From contig CBDBCR010000003.1 of assembly GCA_965203465.1 (NCBI GenBank), positions 768,001 through 832,000 on the forward strand: a stretch of 64,000 bases of DNA, read 5' to 3'. Position 1 is the stretch's first letter. The number at the start of each line of letters is the position of its first letter. The translations under genes and the position numbers were made by a program. Under the pieces are notes generated by a model that saw only the letters and a list, made by a program, of their open reading frames with translations, did no database searches and was not told the origin of the DNA. Positions 9,487 to 18,300 of the stretch are shown here, piece after piece. The stretch comes from Nitrosopumilaceae archaeon. Lineage in GTDB: Archaea; Thermoproteota; Nitrososphaeria; Nitrososphaerales; Nitrosopumilaceae.

Positions 9487-9958
9487 TCATGTCCGCGCTC
9501 TCCAGACCGCGCAGCGTCTCCTCTATGAACCCGCGCGTGAACCCGACCTTGGTGTCCTCCGTGTTTTGGAGCAGGATGTCCCTTTCCGGTATGCGCTTCC
9601 TCTTGGAGAGCAGCGTGGCGGCTATCTCCAGCCAGTCGTTGTTCCTGTTGCGGACAAAGTCGAGGAACTGCCCGCTCCTGAACTGTTGCGGAAGCTCGGG
9701 CCGGGCTTTGCTGTATTGCTCCGGGTTTTCCGCCAGGCCGTAGTAGTCTTCCGTCAGGGTCCCCGAATACGGCCCGTACAGGTACATGCCGTGCCTGTAG
9801 GGAACGTCCAGCCCAAAGTACTTTGCCAGGAACACGTACTTTTGGATCCTGAACCGGTTCCAGAAATGGCGGTCTTCCCCGCCCAGTATGTCGAATTCGA
9901 CCAGGTTCTCGCTCTCCAAGTACTTTATGAACCCGGGCAGCACCGGCGCGCCTTCCAC
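9470..9958 (-). CDS. YwgA/SocA(Panacea)-like protein
   Basis: RFRIQKYVFLAK...YLYGPYSGTL...WLEIAATL. GTG start inferred at 9958. Confidence 0.65.
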   Translation of the reverse strand: MEGAPVLPGFIKYLESENLVEFDILGGEDRHFWNRFRIQKYVFLAKYFGLDVPYRHGMYLYGPYSGTLTEDYYGLAENPEQYSKARPELPQQFRSGQFLDFVRNRNNDWLEIAATLLSKRKRIPERDILLQNTEDTKVGFTRGFIEETLRGLESADMIKCDR

Positions 9959-10143
9959 GGGCCGCCGTCCGCGCCGGCGCGTTAAATTTCTTTCCTGCGC
10001 GGGCAGGCGCGGCCCCGCCGCCGGATTGGCGGCGCGCCGGCCCGGCGGCGCGTCCCGGACGGCCGGCCCGGCCGTGGCCGCGTTGCCCAGCACGCCCCTT
10101 TTCCGCCCCGGGCGCCGCGGCGTCCGAACAGGGCAGGGCTTTG

Positions 10144-10824
10144 TCAGGCCCGCGGCCACCTGCGCCGGTAGCGCGTCACGTCCAGGCCGCCCAGCGTTAT
10201 CCTCTTTCCCCAGACGAGATCGGCGCGGTACTTGCGGCCCAGTTTTTCGATGCGGCCCGACCTGACGTGCCTTTGGATCTCGCGGTACGGCATCACCAGA
10301 AAGTCGCTGCCTGCATCCGAGCGCATCACGAACGCATAGTAGGCGCCGGGGCGGCGCAGCTTTTCGTGCGCGCCGGCCGGTATGAAGAACGAGCACCGGT
10401 TTCGCACCGGCGCCGACGTCTTCACCTGGAAAAGGAAGCGCCTGCCGCCCTTTTCGGCGACGATGTCCGCCCCGCCGTCCCCGGCCGCGCGCGCCTCGAA
10501 CCCGCGAAAGAGCAGCTCGGCGGCCACCGAATGCTCGCCGGCCATGCCGTTGAGCAGCGCCCGCCCCGGGTCGGCGCCGGTCGGGCCGGGCCGCAGCAGC
10601 GGGTTGAGCCCGAAAAGGCCGCCGCGCCGCGCGAACCGCGAGCCGGCGCCGAGCCGCCGTATGTCGCAGGAGAGCACCGCGCTCATGGTCCGTTCCGGCG
10701 CCCGCGCCGTTCTCGGATCCAAGAGCTTTCGCCGCGCGGCCTTTTCGACTATCGCGCCGGCAGAGAGGGGCCTGCGCTCGTCGGACAGCACCTCGAACGC
10801 CGAGCTCTTGAAGGGCTGCGCCAC
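10144..10824 (-). CDS. HARE-HTH (HB1) + PD-(D/E)XK nuclease, copy 2 (intact)
   Basis: Close paralog of 8064..8770 with GEHSVAAELL...ADIVA...FQVKTS. TTAAATA box lies ~23 bp upstream of GTG 10824. Confidence 0.72.
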   Translation of the reverse strand: MAQPFKSSAFEVLSDERRPLSAGAIVEKAARRKLLDPRTARAPERTMSAVLSCDIRRLGAGSRFARRGGLFGLNPLLRPGPTGADPGRALLNGMAGEHSVAAELLFRGFEARAAGDGGADIVAEKGGRRFLFQVKTSAPVRNRCSFFIPAGAHEKLRRPGAYYAFVMRSDAGSDFLVMPYREIQRHVRSGRIEKLGRKYRADLVWGKRITLGGLDVTRYRRRWPRA

Positions 10825-10957
10825 GGCGCGGCCGCGGGCCCACCCGTATTTAACGCGCACCGGGGGCCGGCCCGCGTGTACGGGCGCGCGCTGCCGGGAC
10901 GCCGCGCGGAACCCGCGCGCAAGCAATGATTATTAACTCAGGCGCGACGGCCCCGGC

Positions 10958-12217
10958 GTGGCGGGTCCGTTCATCAAGCGCATAAGGGTGCAAAACTTCA
11001 AGAGCTTCGCAGACGCGGATCTGGAACTGGGCAGGTTCAACGTCATCGTCGGCGCCAACGCGGCCGGCAAGTCGAACTTGGTGCAGATCTTTAGGTTCCT
11101 GCGCGACATCCGGCGGGACGGGCTGGACAACGCCGTCTCCATGCAGGGCGGCCCGCAATACATACACAACCTGAGACTGGGCGACAACAGCACGTCGATC
11201 GAACTGGAGACCGCGCTGTCAAAGGGATTTCGCATCCCGGTCCCGACCAAGCACAAGGCATACAGCACGGGGGGGAAATGGCGCCTCGAATTCAAGACGG
11301 AGGGGCAAAAGATCGAGATAGTGGAGGATTCGTGCACGTTCCGCGTCTCCGACTGCGCCGAGCGGGATTTGGGCGACTTTGTGGGCGGCGCGGACGGGCA
11401 GCAGGCGGACGATCAAAAGAGCGGGCGCCGCGAAGGAAGCGTCAAAGTAACGCGCAACGGCGGCCTGTGCTTTGACGTGGATTTTGACGCGGATCTCAGA
11501 GAGGCGCTTGACAACTATACGACCAAATCGCACGCCAGAAAAAACGAGCTGCTCGTAGAATCCGGGCTTTTGGGCCACCTCTTTCCGCGGATCTTTTACT
11601 TTGAGGACATCGGCACGTACGACTTCGACTCCAAACGCGCCGGTGGATCCGTCCCGGTGAAGGGAACGCCGGAGCTGGAAGACGACGGCTCCAACCTGGC
11701 CGTGGTGCTAAAGGACATACTTTCAAACGACGCCGGCAGAAAGTCTCTGCACGCCGTAGCCTCCGACCTGCTGCCGTTTGTAAAGTCCATCGGCGTCAAG
11801 GATCTGGTGAAATCGGTCATGTTTACCCTCACCGAAGAACGCATCGAAAAGACGCCCCTGCCGTCCCCCCTGCTCTCCGACGGAACCGTCAACGCGGTGG
11901 CCCTGATCGTCGCGCTGTATTTCGAGGAGATGCCGGTAGTGGTGATAGAAGAGCCCGAAAAGAGCATGCACCCCTCCCTGATGGCCAGGACGGTGGATAT
12001 GATGAAGGACGCCTCCAGAAACAGCCAGATCATAGTGACCACGCACAGCCCGGAGCTGGTCCGTTACGCAGGACTGGACAGCCTGTACTCGATCAAGAGG
12101 GGAGAGGACGGGTCTTCAGAGGTCAGCCGCCCGTCGACGAACAAAGAGATCAAAAAGTTCCTGGAAAACGACATGGGCATAGAGGAGATGCATGTGCAGA
12201 ACATGTTCGACTGGTAA
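10958..12217 (+). CDS. ABC/AAA_21-type ATPase, paralog of 1958..3238
   Basis: QNFKSF, GANAAGKSN, LSDGT, VIEEPE and TTHS motifs. Confidence 0.85.
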   Translation: MAGPFIKRIRVQNFKSFADADLELGRFNVIVGANAAGKSNLVQIFRFLRDIRRDGLDNAVSMQGGPQYIHNLRLGDNSTSIELETALSKGFRIPVPTKHKAYSTGGKWRLEFKTEGQKIEIVEDSCTFRVSDCAERDLGDFVGGADGQQADDQKSGRREGSVKVTRNGGLCFDVDFDADLREALDNYTTKSHARKNELLVESGLLGHLFPRIFYFEDIGTYDFDSKRAGGSVPVKGTPELEDDGSNLAVVLKDILSNDAGRKSLHAVASDLLPFVKSIGVKDLVKSVMFTLTEERIEKTPLPSPLLSDGTVNAVALIVALYFEEMPVVVIEEPEKSMHPSLMARTVDMMKDASRNSQIIVTTHSPELVRYAGLDSLYSIKRGEDGSSEVSRPSTNKEIKKFLENDMGIEEMHVQNMFDW

Positions 12218-12766
12218 ATGGCCACCGTACACGTGCTTCTGGAAGGCCCCGACGACGAGAAGTTTTTCCTCTCCGTGCTGCGCCCGGAGCTTGCCAAGAC
12301 GTACAGCACGATCAGGACGTACCTGTACGCCCAGAGATCCAAGAAAGATGTGGAAAAGTACGTCAGGGCGCTGCACGGCTCAAAAGAGGACTATGTCGTG
12401 CTTGCTGACTTTGATGTGGGAGGCACCTGCTATGGCGGAATAAAACTCGCGCTGCGTAAAAAAATGCGGCGTGCGGATCCAGGCAGAATCGCGGTAGTAA
12501 GGACGGAGATCGAGAGCTGGTATCTTGCAGGCGTTGGCCGGGCCGAATGCGGGCGCCTCCGGATCCCGTACCGCCCGAACACGGAGCCCGTGTCCAAAGA
12601 GGAGTTCGAGCAGATGCGCGGGAGGGCCGAGCCGATGCCGCGGGCCGAATTCATGTCGAGAATGCTAGCCGTGTTCGACGCAGAAACGGCCAAGAGGCAG
12701 AACGCGTCGTTCGGGTACGTGTGGGGCAGGTTCGTCTCCAAGGCTCCCCGATCTCACCCGCGCTGA
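12218..12766 (+). CDS. TOPRIM-like nuclease partner, paralog of 1430..1957
   Basis: VLLEGPDD, VLADFD and RTEIESWYLAG motifs. TAA-ATG junction with the ATPase gene. Confidence 0.7.
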   Translation: MATVHVLLEGPDDEKFFLSVLRPELAKTYSTIRTYLYAQRSKKDVEKYVRALHGSKEDYVVLADFDVGGTCYGGIKLALRKKMRRADPGRIAVVRTEIESWYLAGVGRAECGRLRIPYRPNTEPVSKEEFEQMRGRAEPMPRAEFMSRMLAVFDAETAKRQNASFGYVWGRFVSKAPRSHPR

Positions 12767-13235
12767 CAACTGCCGGCGATCCGCGCATGCCCGCCGGCGG
12801 CCGCGGCAGTGCAGCGAAGGCGGGCGCCCCGCGGGGGTTTAGAATTGGAGACGGGCTTGCGGCAATCCGGAGGGCGGCGCGCGATTTGCGCCTGCCAGGA
12901 TCTGCCCGGGCCAACCGGGGACGGATCTTCCCCCCGATCCCAGGCACGAGGTCGTGCGCGGCAGGGCACGGGCGGCCGCGGCAAAAGGCGGGCCGGCAGG
13001 CGCAAACCGCGCGCCGCCTCGGAAAATAACCCGACGTCTTGTCGGATCGGCCGGTATTCGGATCCGGCCGGGCAGGTTGCATGGTATTCCCGCCGATGCG
13101 GCGTCGCCGCGCGCGGCCGAGTCTGGCGGCGTCTCCGGCGTGCAGGCCCGCCTAGGTTTCCAAGGGCCGCTCCGGCGAACCGCCGGGCAGGCTCTCGGGG
13201 CGTGCGGGCTTCGGCCGGGCGCCGCGTTTTCGCCG

Positions 13236-13562
13236 TCAGTCGCGCGGCCGCCGCTTTTCCGCGCCCCCCAGCGGCACGCGCCGCACCTCGCCGCACAGCA
13301 GGCACGTGGTCCGCACCGCCCGTATGCCCGAGCGGCCCACCCTGACGCGGGCCGAGACGCCCGGCACCGAGAGGCTCTTGCACCTGCGGCAGCGCAGGGC
13401 CCGCGCGGAGCGCGGCATGCGCGCGCGCCGCCCCGAAGATATCCTGCGCGCAAGATCCATCTCGTTGCGCGCGAGGCGCGGATCCGACGAGGCGTGGCGC
13501 GCGGCCGACGCGGCCAGCCTCCCTATGCGCTCCAGCGCCTCCCGGCGCTCCCTTGGCCTCAA
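13236..13562 (-). CDS. rnp4: Ribonuclease P protein component 4 (Rpp21/Rpr2)
   Basis: LARRIS...CRRC..L.VPG.SARVRV...TCLLCG..RR.P zinc-ribbon pattern. Confidence 0.85.
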   Translation of the reverse strand: MRPRERREALERIGRLAASAARHASSDPRLARNEMDLARRISSGRRARMPRSARALRCRRCKSLSVPGVSARVRVGRSGIRAVRTTCLLCGEVRRVPLGGAEKRRPRD

Positions 13563-13592
13563 CGGCCCCTCCCGCGGGGGGCCCTACAAATA

Positions 13593-13666
13593 TGCAGCCA
13601 GCGGGATTCGGACCCGCGTCGCAGGGTTGGAAACCCCGTATACTCACCAGGCTATACGATGGCTGC
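13593..13666 (-). tRNA. tRNA-Gly(TCC)
   Basis: Acceptor stem GCAGCCA/TGGCTGC; anticodon arm CGGGG-TTTCCAA-CCCTG; T-arm GCGGG-TCCGAAT-CCCGC. Confidence 0.9.
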
Positions 13667-13672
13667 GCGCGC

Positions 13673-14752
13673 CTAGGGCCCGGCCCCGGCATTAAAACGG
13701 TTTAGGACGGACCAGGCCGGCTTTGCCGAGCCGTCCTCGCGCAGCAGGCCCGAGGCGCACACGTAGTGGCCCAGGCGCTCGGCCACGCGGTCGCTGCCGC
13801 CTAGCGAGACGCCCCCCTCGCGCAGCTCCGGCGAGAACGAGCACGAGCCGGCCGGCCTGTCGTACTGCCGGTACCAGGTCACGTACTCTAGCGATCCGCG
13901 GTTCTGCTCGTAGAATTCTAGCAGCTGCTCCGCGAACTCGGCCTGGTCGGCCTCGCTGCCCCCCACGAACTCGGACGTGCTCCATCCCGCCTCCAGGAAC
14001 GCGGCCGGCCGGGGGCCTGCCAGCTCGAGGCCCAGCTCTAGGTCGGCGCGCGCCTCGGAGGGCGTCTTTGATATCTCGTTGAGCGAATCGACCGGAAAGT
14101 ACGTGAACGCGGCGTAGTCGCCCGCGTCGATCGCCTCGACGACTCGCCCCAGGTCCTTGTTTATGACCCCGTGCAGCGAGTACGCGTTGCCCACGCGCAC
14201 GTCGGGGTGGCGCGCCTTTATCTCAGAGTACACGCGCCCGAACAGCTCCAGGTACTGCGGGATCTCGCTCTCAGAGTACCGGAAGCGCTCTTCGGCCTGC
14301 CCCGCCACGACGAGCGAGTCCACCGCGCCGTACCTCGAAAGGGCCGCGTCGAGCACCGAGACGAGCGCGTCCGGATCCAGCGATTCCAGGTCGGGCTCTC
14401 CCATCCAGCCGGGAAACGGCCCCAGGTCGGCGCCGTTGACCAGCGAGAAAAAGAGCGTCACCGAGAGGCCCCGCTCGGCTGCCAGGAAGACGGCCGGATC
14501 CGTGCTGCTCCAGTCGAACATGCCCGGCTCGGGCTCGACCAGGTTCCAGAACATGTACGCGTTGGTCCGGCCCACGCCGGTCGAGGCGGCCTGCTCGTAT
14601 ATGCCGCGCGCCCCCTCGGCGTCGGTGGCCCCCGGCGCGTTTACCACCAGGCCCAGCCCCGCGTCGGCTTGGGGCCCGCCGAGCGTCGCTGCTACAACGA
14701 CGGCAGCCGCGGCGGCCGCTGCCGCTGCGCCCGCGACGACTGCCCTCTTCAA
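13673..14752 (-). CDS. Membrane-anchored glycoside-hydrolase-like TIM-barrel protein
   Basis: N-terminal hydrophobic anchor; WNLVEPEPGMFDWS; AFLEAGWST; GLLREDGSAKPAW, typical of clan GH-A. Family uncertain. Confidence 0.6.
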   Translation of the reverse strand: MKRAVVAGAAAAAAAAAVVVAATLGGPQADAGLGLVVNAPGATDAEGARGIYEQAASTGVGRTNAYMFWNLVEPEPGMFDWSSTDPAVFLAAERGLSVTLFFSLVNGADLGPFPGWMGEPDLESLDPDALVSVLDAALSRYGAVDSLVVAGQAEERFRYSESEIPQYLELFGRVYSEIKARHPDVRVGNAYSLHGVINKDLGRVVEAIDAGDYAAFTYFPVDSLNEISKTPSEARADLELGLELAGPRPAAFLEAGWSTSEFVGGSEADQAEFAEQLLEFYEQNRGSLEYVTWYRQYDRPAGSCSFSPELREGGVSLGGSDRVAERLGHYVCASGLLREDGSAKPAWSVLNRFNAGAGP

Positions 14753-15117
14753 CGGCGCGCCGTTCCCGGCGGGCGGTAAAAAAGTTGCCGCCGGCCGGGC
14801 CTGCCTGCACGCGGCCCCGAAAAAACACGCAGGGGCCTGGGCTGCCGGCGGCGCGGGCGCCGGGCGGTCATGCGCACGCTCGAGCGTTTCCTGACTCTTG
14901 TCATTAACAGAACTTGCCGGTCATGTACCACACGCACGGTAATACGACAGTCCCCGACCCCGTATTTGTACGGCCAAGAGTTCTTTATCTTTGCTAGATG
15001 TACAATGGGGTTTTCTAGAACATGGTCGGTCTTTGTCAGGATGCGCTCAACATCGCTGCTTGCAATCTTGTCAAGATCCCGGACGGCTTTTTCTGACCAT
15101 TCTGCACTCCAAGTCAT
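14749..15117 (-). CDS. RelE/ParE-family toxin (divergent)
   Basis: MTWSAEWSEKAVRDLDKI...YKYGVGDCRI...RVRKRSSV. Overlaps the upstream antitoxin by 4 bp (ATGA). The GC-rich tail after ~14870 is probably read-through. Confidence 0.7.
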   Translation of the reverse strand: MTWSAEWSEKAVRDLDKIASSDVERILTKTDHVLENPIVHLAKIKNSWPYKYGVGDCRITVRVVHDRQVLLMTRVRKRSSVRMTARRPRRRQPRPLRVFSGPRAGRPGRRQLFYRPPGTARR

Positions 15118-15332
15118 AAGCCGTATCTTTGCTTGACTTTTTCGTGCGGAACGCACCTGCCTTCTTCGAATTCTTTTTTCGCCTCTTCGGCATCCAAGAC
15201 GTCCTGCCCCGAGAGATTCTCGTCCTCGGCCAAGTCAAGCACCCTGTTAATCATCTGATCCATGTCTTCGCCCGGGCGGATGTTGGACTCCAAGCGCCCC
15301 ATGGACTCGTCCGATACACGTATGGTGGCCAT
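15114..15332 (-). CDS. RelB-like antitoxin (RHH-like N-terminus)
   Basis: MATIRVSDESMGRL...DQMINRVLD and acidic C-terminus EEGRCVPHEKVKQRYGL, directly upstream of relE. Confidence 0.75.
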   Translation of the reverse strand: MATIRVSDESMGRLESNIRPGEDMDQMINRVLDLAEDENLSGQDVLDAEEAKKEFEEGRCVPHEKVKQRYGL

Positions 15333-15380
15333 CAGCGCACGGCTGCACGGCCAGCTTAATGCTACGAGTCGAAGCCGGGC

Positions 15381-18300
15381 CTATTCTGCCGGTCGTGGAA
15401 GATTTCGCCCCGTGCCTGTCTGGTGCGTGGAGGAGGCGGAATTTTCACGCCCGCGGGAATGGGCGCGCGCAAGGCGCCTGTACGCCACCACCGCCGCGGC
15501 CGGCGAGCCGAGCAGCGCGGCGTTGAACAGTATCACCAGCGATCCCAAAAGGGCCACCTGCTCTTCGGAGCCGGGCTCTGCCAGCGACATTGCGCCAAGG
15601 GACCAGAGGAGAGGCTGCAGCGAGGCCCGGACGAGCTCCTTGAACGCCGGGCTCTGCCTTTCCAGGTCGGCGACTGCCGGCGAGAACGCATAGTAGAGCT
15701 GGTTGAACCCGGACAGAAACGCCGCCCCGGCGCCGGTCGAGTCCACCGTGCCGTCGCGCAGCTCGCGCAGGGCCTGCACCTGCGGGGCCATCTCCGTCCC
15801 GTACACTGCAGTAGCTATCAGGCACCCGCCGCCGTCGTCGGCCCGGACGGGCTCGCACGTGCCGCCCTCGGAGAGGAACGTGCCCGGCCCGCACACGAGC
15901 TCTTGTACTGCCGGCTCCTGGGTGACTGGCTCTTGCGCGGCCGGCTCTTGCGTGATCGGCGCCCGGGGCTCGGGCGCGGGCGGCGCCGGCTCTGCGGGCG
16001 CCTCCCTTGCCGGCTCGGCCGGCTTGGGCTCGGCTGCCGGCTCCTGCTGCGGGGCCGGCTCCGGCGCCGCCGGCGTCAGCGTGGCGGCTGCCGGCGGCGC
16101 GGGCACCTCGAAGGTCCGGGTGCCCGTGCACGAATCGATGTTTATCGATTCGGCGTCCGAGACTATGGTGCGGGCCGAGACGAGCGTGGCAGATATCCGG
16201 GCATAGTATTCCGAAGAGTCGAACGGCGCGGTAAAGACGCCGTACCCGGGCGCGTCGCCCGACGGCGTCATCCTGACCAGCCCGGCGACCGGCATGCGGA
16301 CTGTCACGTCGAGCGAGCCGACCGCCGGGCCGGCCACCACGGTGATCAGGCGGGTGTCGCAGTCCCACGAGGCCGACCGTATGTAGACCGCATCTGCGCC
16401 GGACCTGTCGAGGGTGGTGCCCGAGACGCTGCTGCCTCCCCCGCCACCGCCGCCTCCACCGCCTCCACCGCCGGTGTAGGCGGGCTGCCGCGGCGCGGGC
16501 GCGGGAGCTGGCGTGGGAGCTGGCACGCGCTCCAGCGTGGCCGTCCCGAACTGCGAAAAGTGCTTCGTCCATATCGAGTCTAGCGGATCCGAAAAGCACG
16601 CCAGGTTGTCGTGTACGGACGCGTCCGCGTCGAGCGCCGAGATGAACGCGTCGGCGCTCTGCCACGTGCCCGCCGCGCTGCAGGCCGGTATGAGCCGCAC
16701 CGCGCCGGCCGTGTCTATGGAAAAGACCACCGTCCCGGTCCCTATGGCGCCCTCGCCGAGGGCTATGCGGACGGGCCTGTCGAACGCAAGATCGCGCGCC
16801 GGATCGCCCACCTGCCACACCACGGCGTCCGAGAGGGCGTACTGCGCGCCGTACGACGATATGTCCACGTCCGGCGCCGGGCGCGTCGTCGGCGCGGACA
16901 GCTCTATGCGTATGTTCTCGGCCGCCCCCACCAGGGCCGTGCGCGGGGCAAAGTACACGGCCGGGGCGCGCTCGTCGGCGGAATCGACGGCCACGGGCCT
17001 GTCGGGGAACGTGAGCGACGAGAGCACCAGCGCGGAATCGCCCCTGAGCGTTATGGCAGAGTACAGCTGCCGCGTCAGATCGACGGGCGCTGCCGGCGCG
17101 AACGATACGTCCATCCTGTAAGAGTCCGACGGGCCGACCGCGTCGAACAGGTGCATCGAGAGGCCCTGCACGGCGACGGTCGCCGAGGCCAGTTTCAGCC
17201 CTATCCGGTCCGCAAAGCCGGCGGCAAACTGCCCCGAATCGTACTCCAGCACGAGATCCCGGGCGGACAGGTCCAGCGGGGACGAGGCGACGAGATCGAC
17301 GCTCGGCGAGCCGGTCACCGCGGGGTGGCCCGAGACGGTGCGCGCGCCCGCCGAGGCGCCCGACAGCGTCCATACCAGGGTAGACGAGGAGGCCTCGGCG
17401 GTGACCGGCTCGCTGAACAGCGCCGTTATGGTGTTGCGGTTCTTTATCTCCGCAGAGACGAGCGACGGGGGCGTGGTGTCCTTTCTTACGTACAGCTCGG
17501 CGGACGGCCGCGACTCGTTGGAGGCCGGATCCGTCGCCGTGGCAGTCACCGAGTTGAGCCCCTCTGAAATGTCCAGCGTCACCGACCAGGCGCCGGCCGC
17601 GGCGGTCGCCGTCTTTGTCGAATGTACCGTAGTGGCGCTGCCCGTGCTCACCCTGCCCGTCACGGTGACCAGCGAGCCGTCCTCGGCGGTGCCCGATACG
17701 GCGTGCGTCGAGGAGCTGATCAGCGCCCGCGCCGTCGATATGACCGGGGGGGCCGGCGGCATCGTGTCCAGCACGACCGTCTGGGCGGCCGAATCTGCCG
17801 ACGCGTTGCCGGCCGCGTCGAGCGCCCGCGCGGAGACGGAGTTGGACCCTTCGGCCAGCGTCAGCTGCGCGCTCCAGTCGCCGGACGCGTCTGCGGTGGC
17901 GCTCGGGCCCGCGGTGCCGCCCAGCACGAGCCGGACGGTCGAGCCGGGCGCGGCGGTGCCCGACACGGCCAGCGAGGCGCTGTTTGTCAGGGCCGGCAGC
18001 GAGTTGACCGACGGCGCCGGCGGCGGGATGCGGTCGGATGCCGGACCCGTAAAGTCTGCCAAGGCGTTGCCCGCGTCGTCGCCGATGTTGCCCCCAGAGT
18101 ACGCCACGGTGATCTGGGGATCCAGGCTGGCAAGATTCTGCGTGAGGCGCAGGGTGGCCGTAGACGAGAGGCCCGTCTCGCTTATGCCCCCGTAAGAGCT
18201 GACCGCGGCGGGATCGCCGGTTATCGACCAGCCGAACGGCGCGTTGCCGGCGTGGAGCAGTTTGGCGCCTTCCGAAAACGCCACGGTCAGCTGGTTCCTG

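Noticed and set aside
9470-10843. 457-aa ORF as one protein (likewise 33264..34997, 42112..44094, 61424..63718, 39137..40285)
   Set aside because: Only the 3' parts are protein-like. The 5' extensions are off-frame read-through of neighbouring genes or spacers, so the starts were reassigned.
12770-13230. Coding gene or structured RNA in the GC-rich spacer (also 22480-22850)
   Set aside because: No recognisable motif, repeat or convincing fold. Probably eroded sequence that cannot be assigned by eye.
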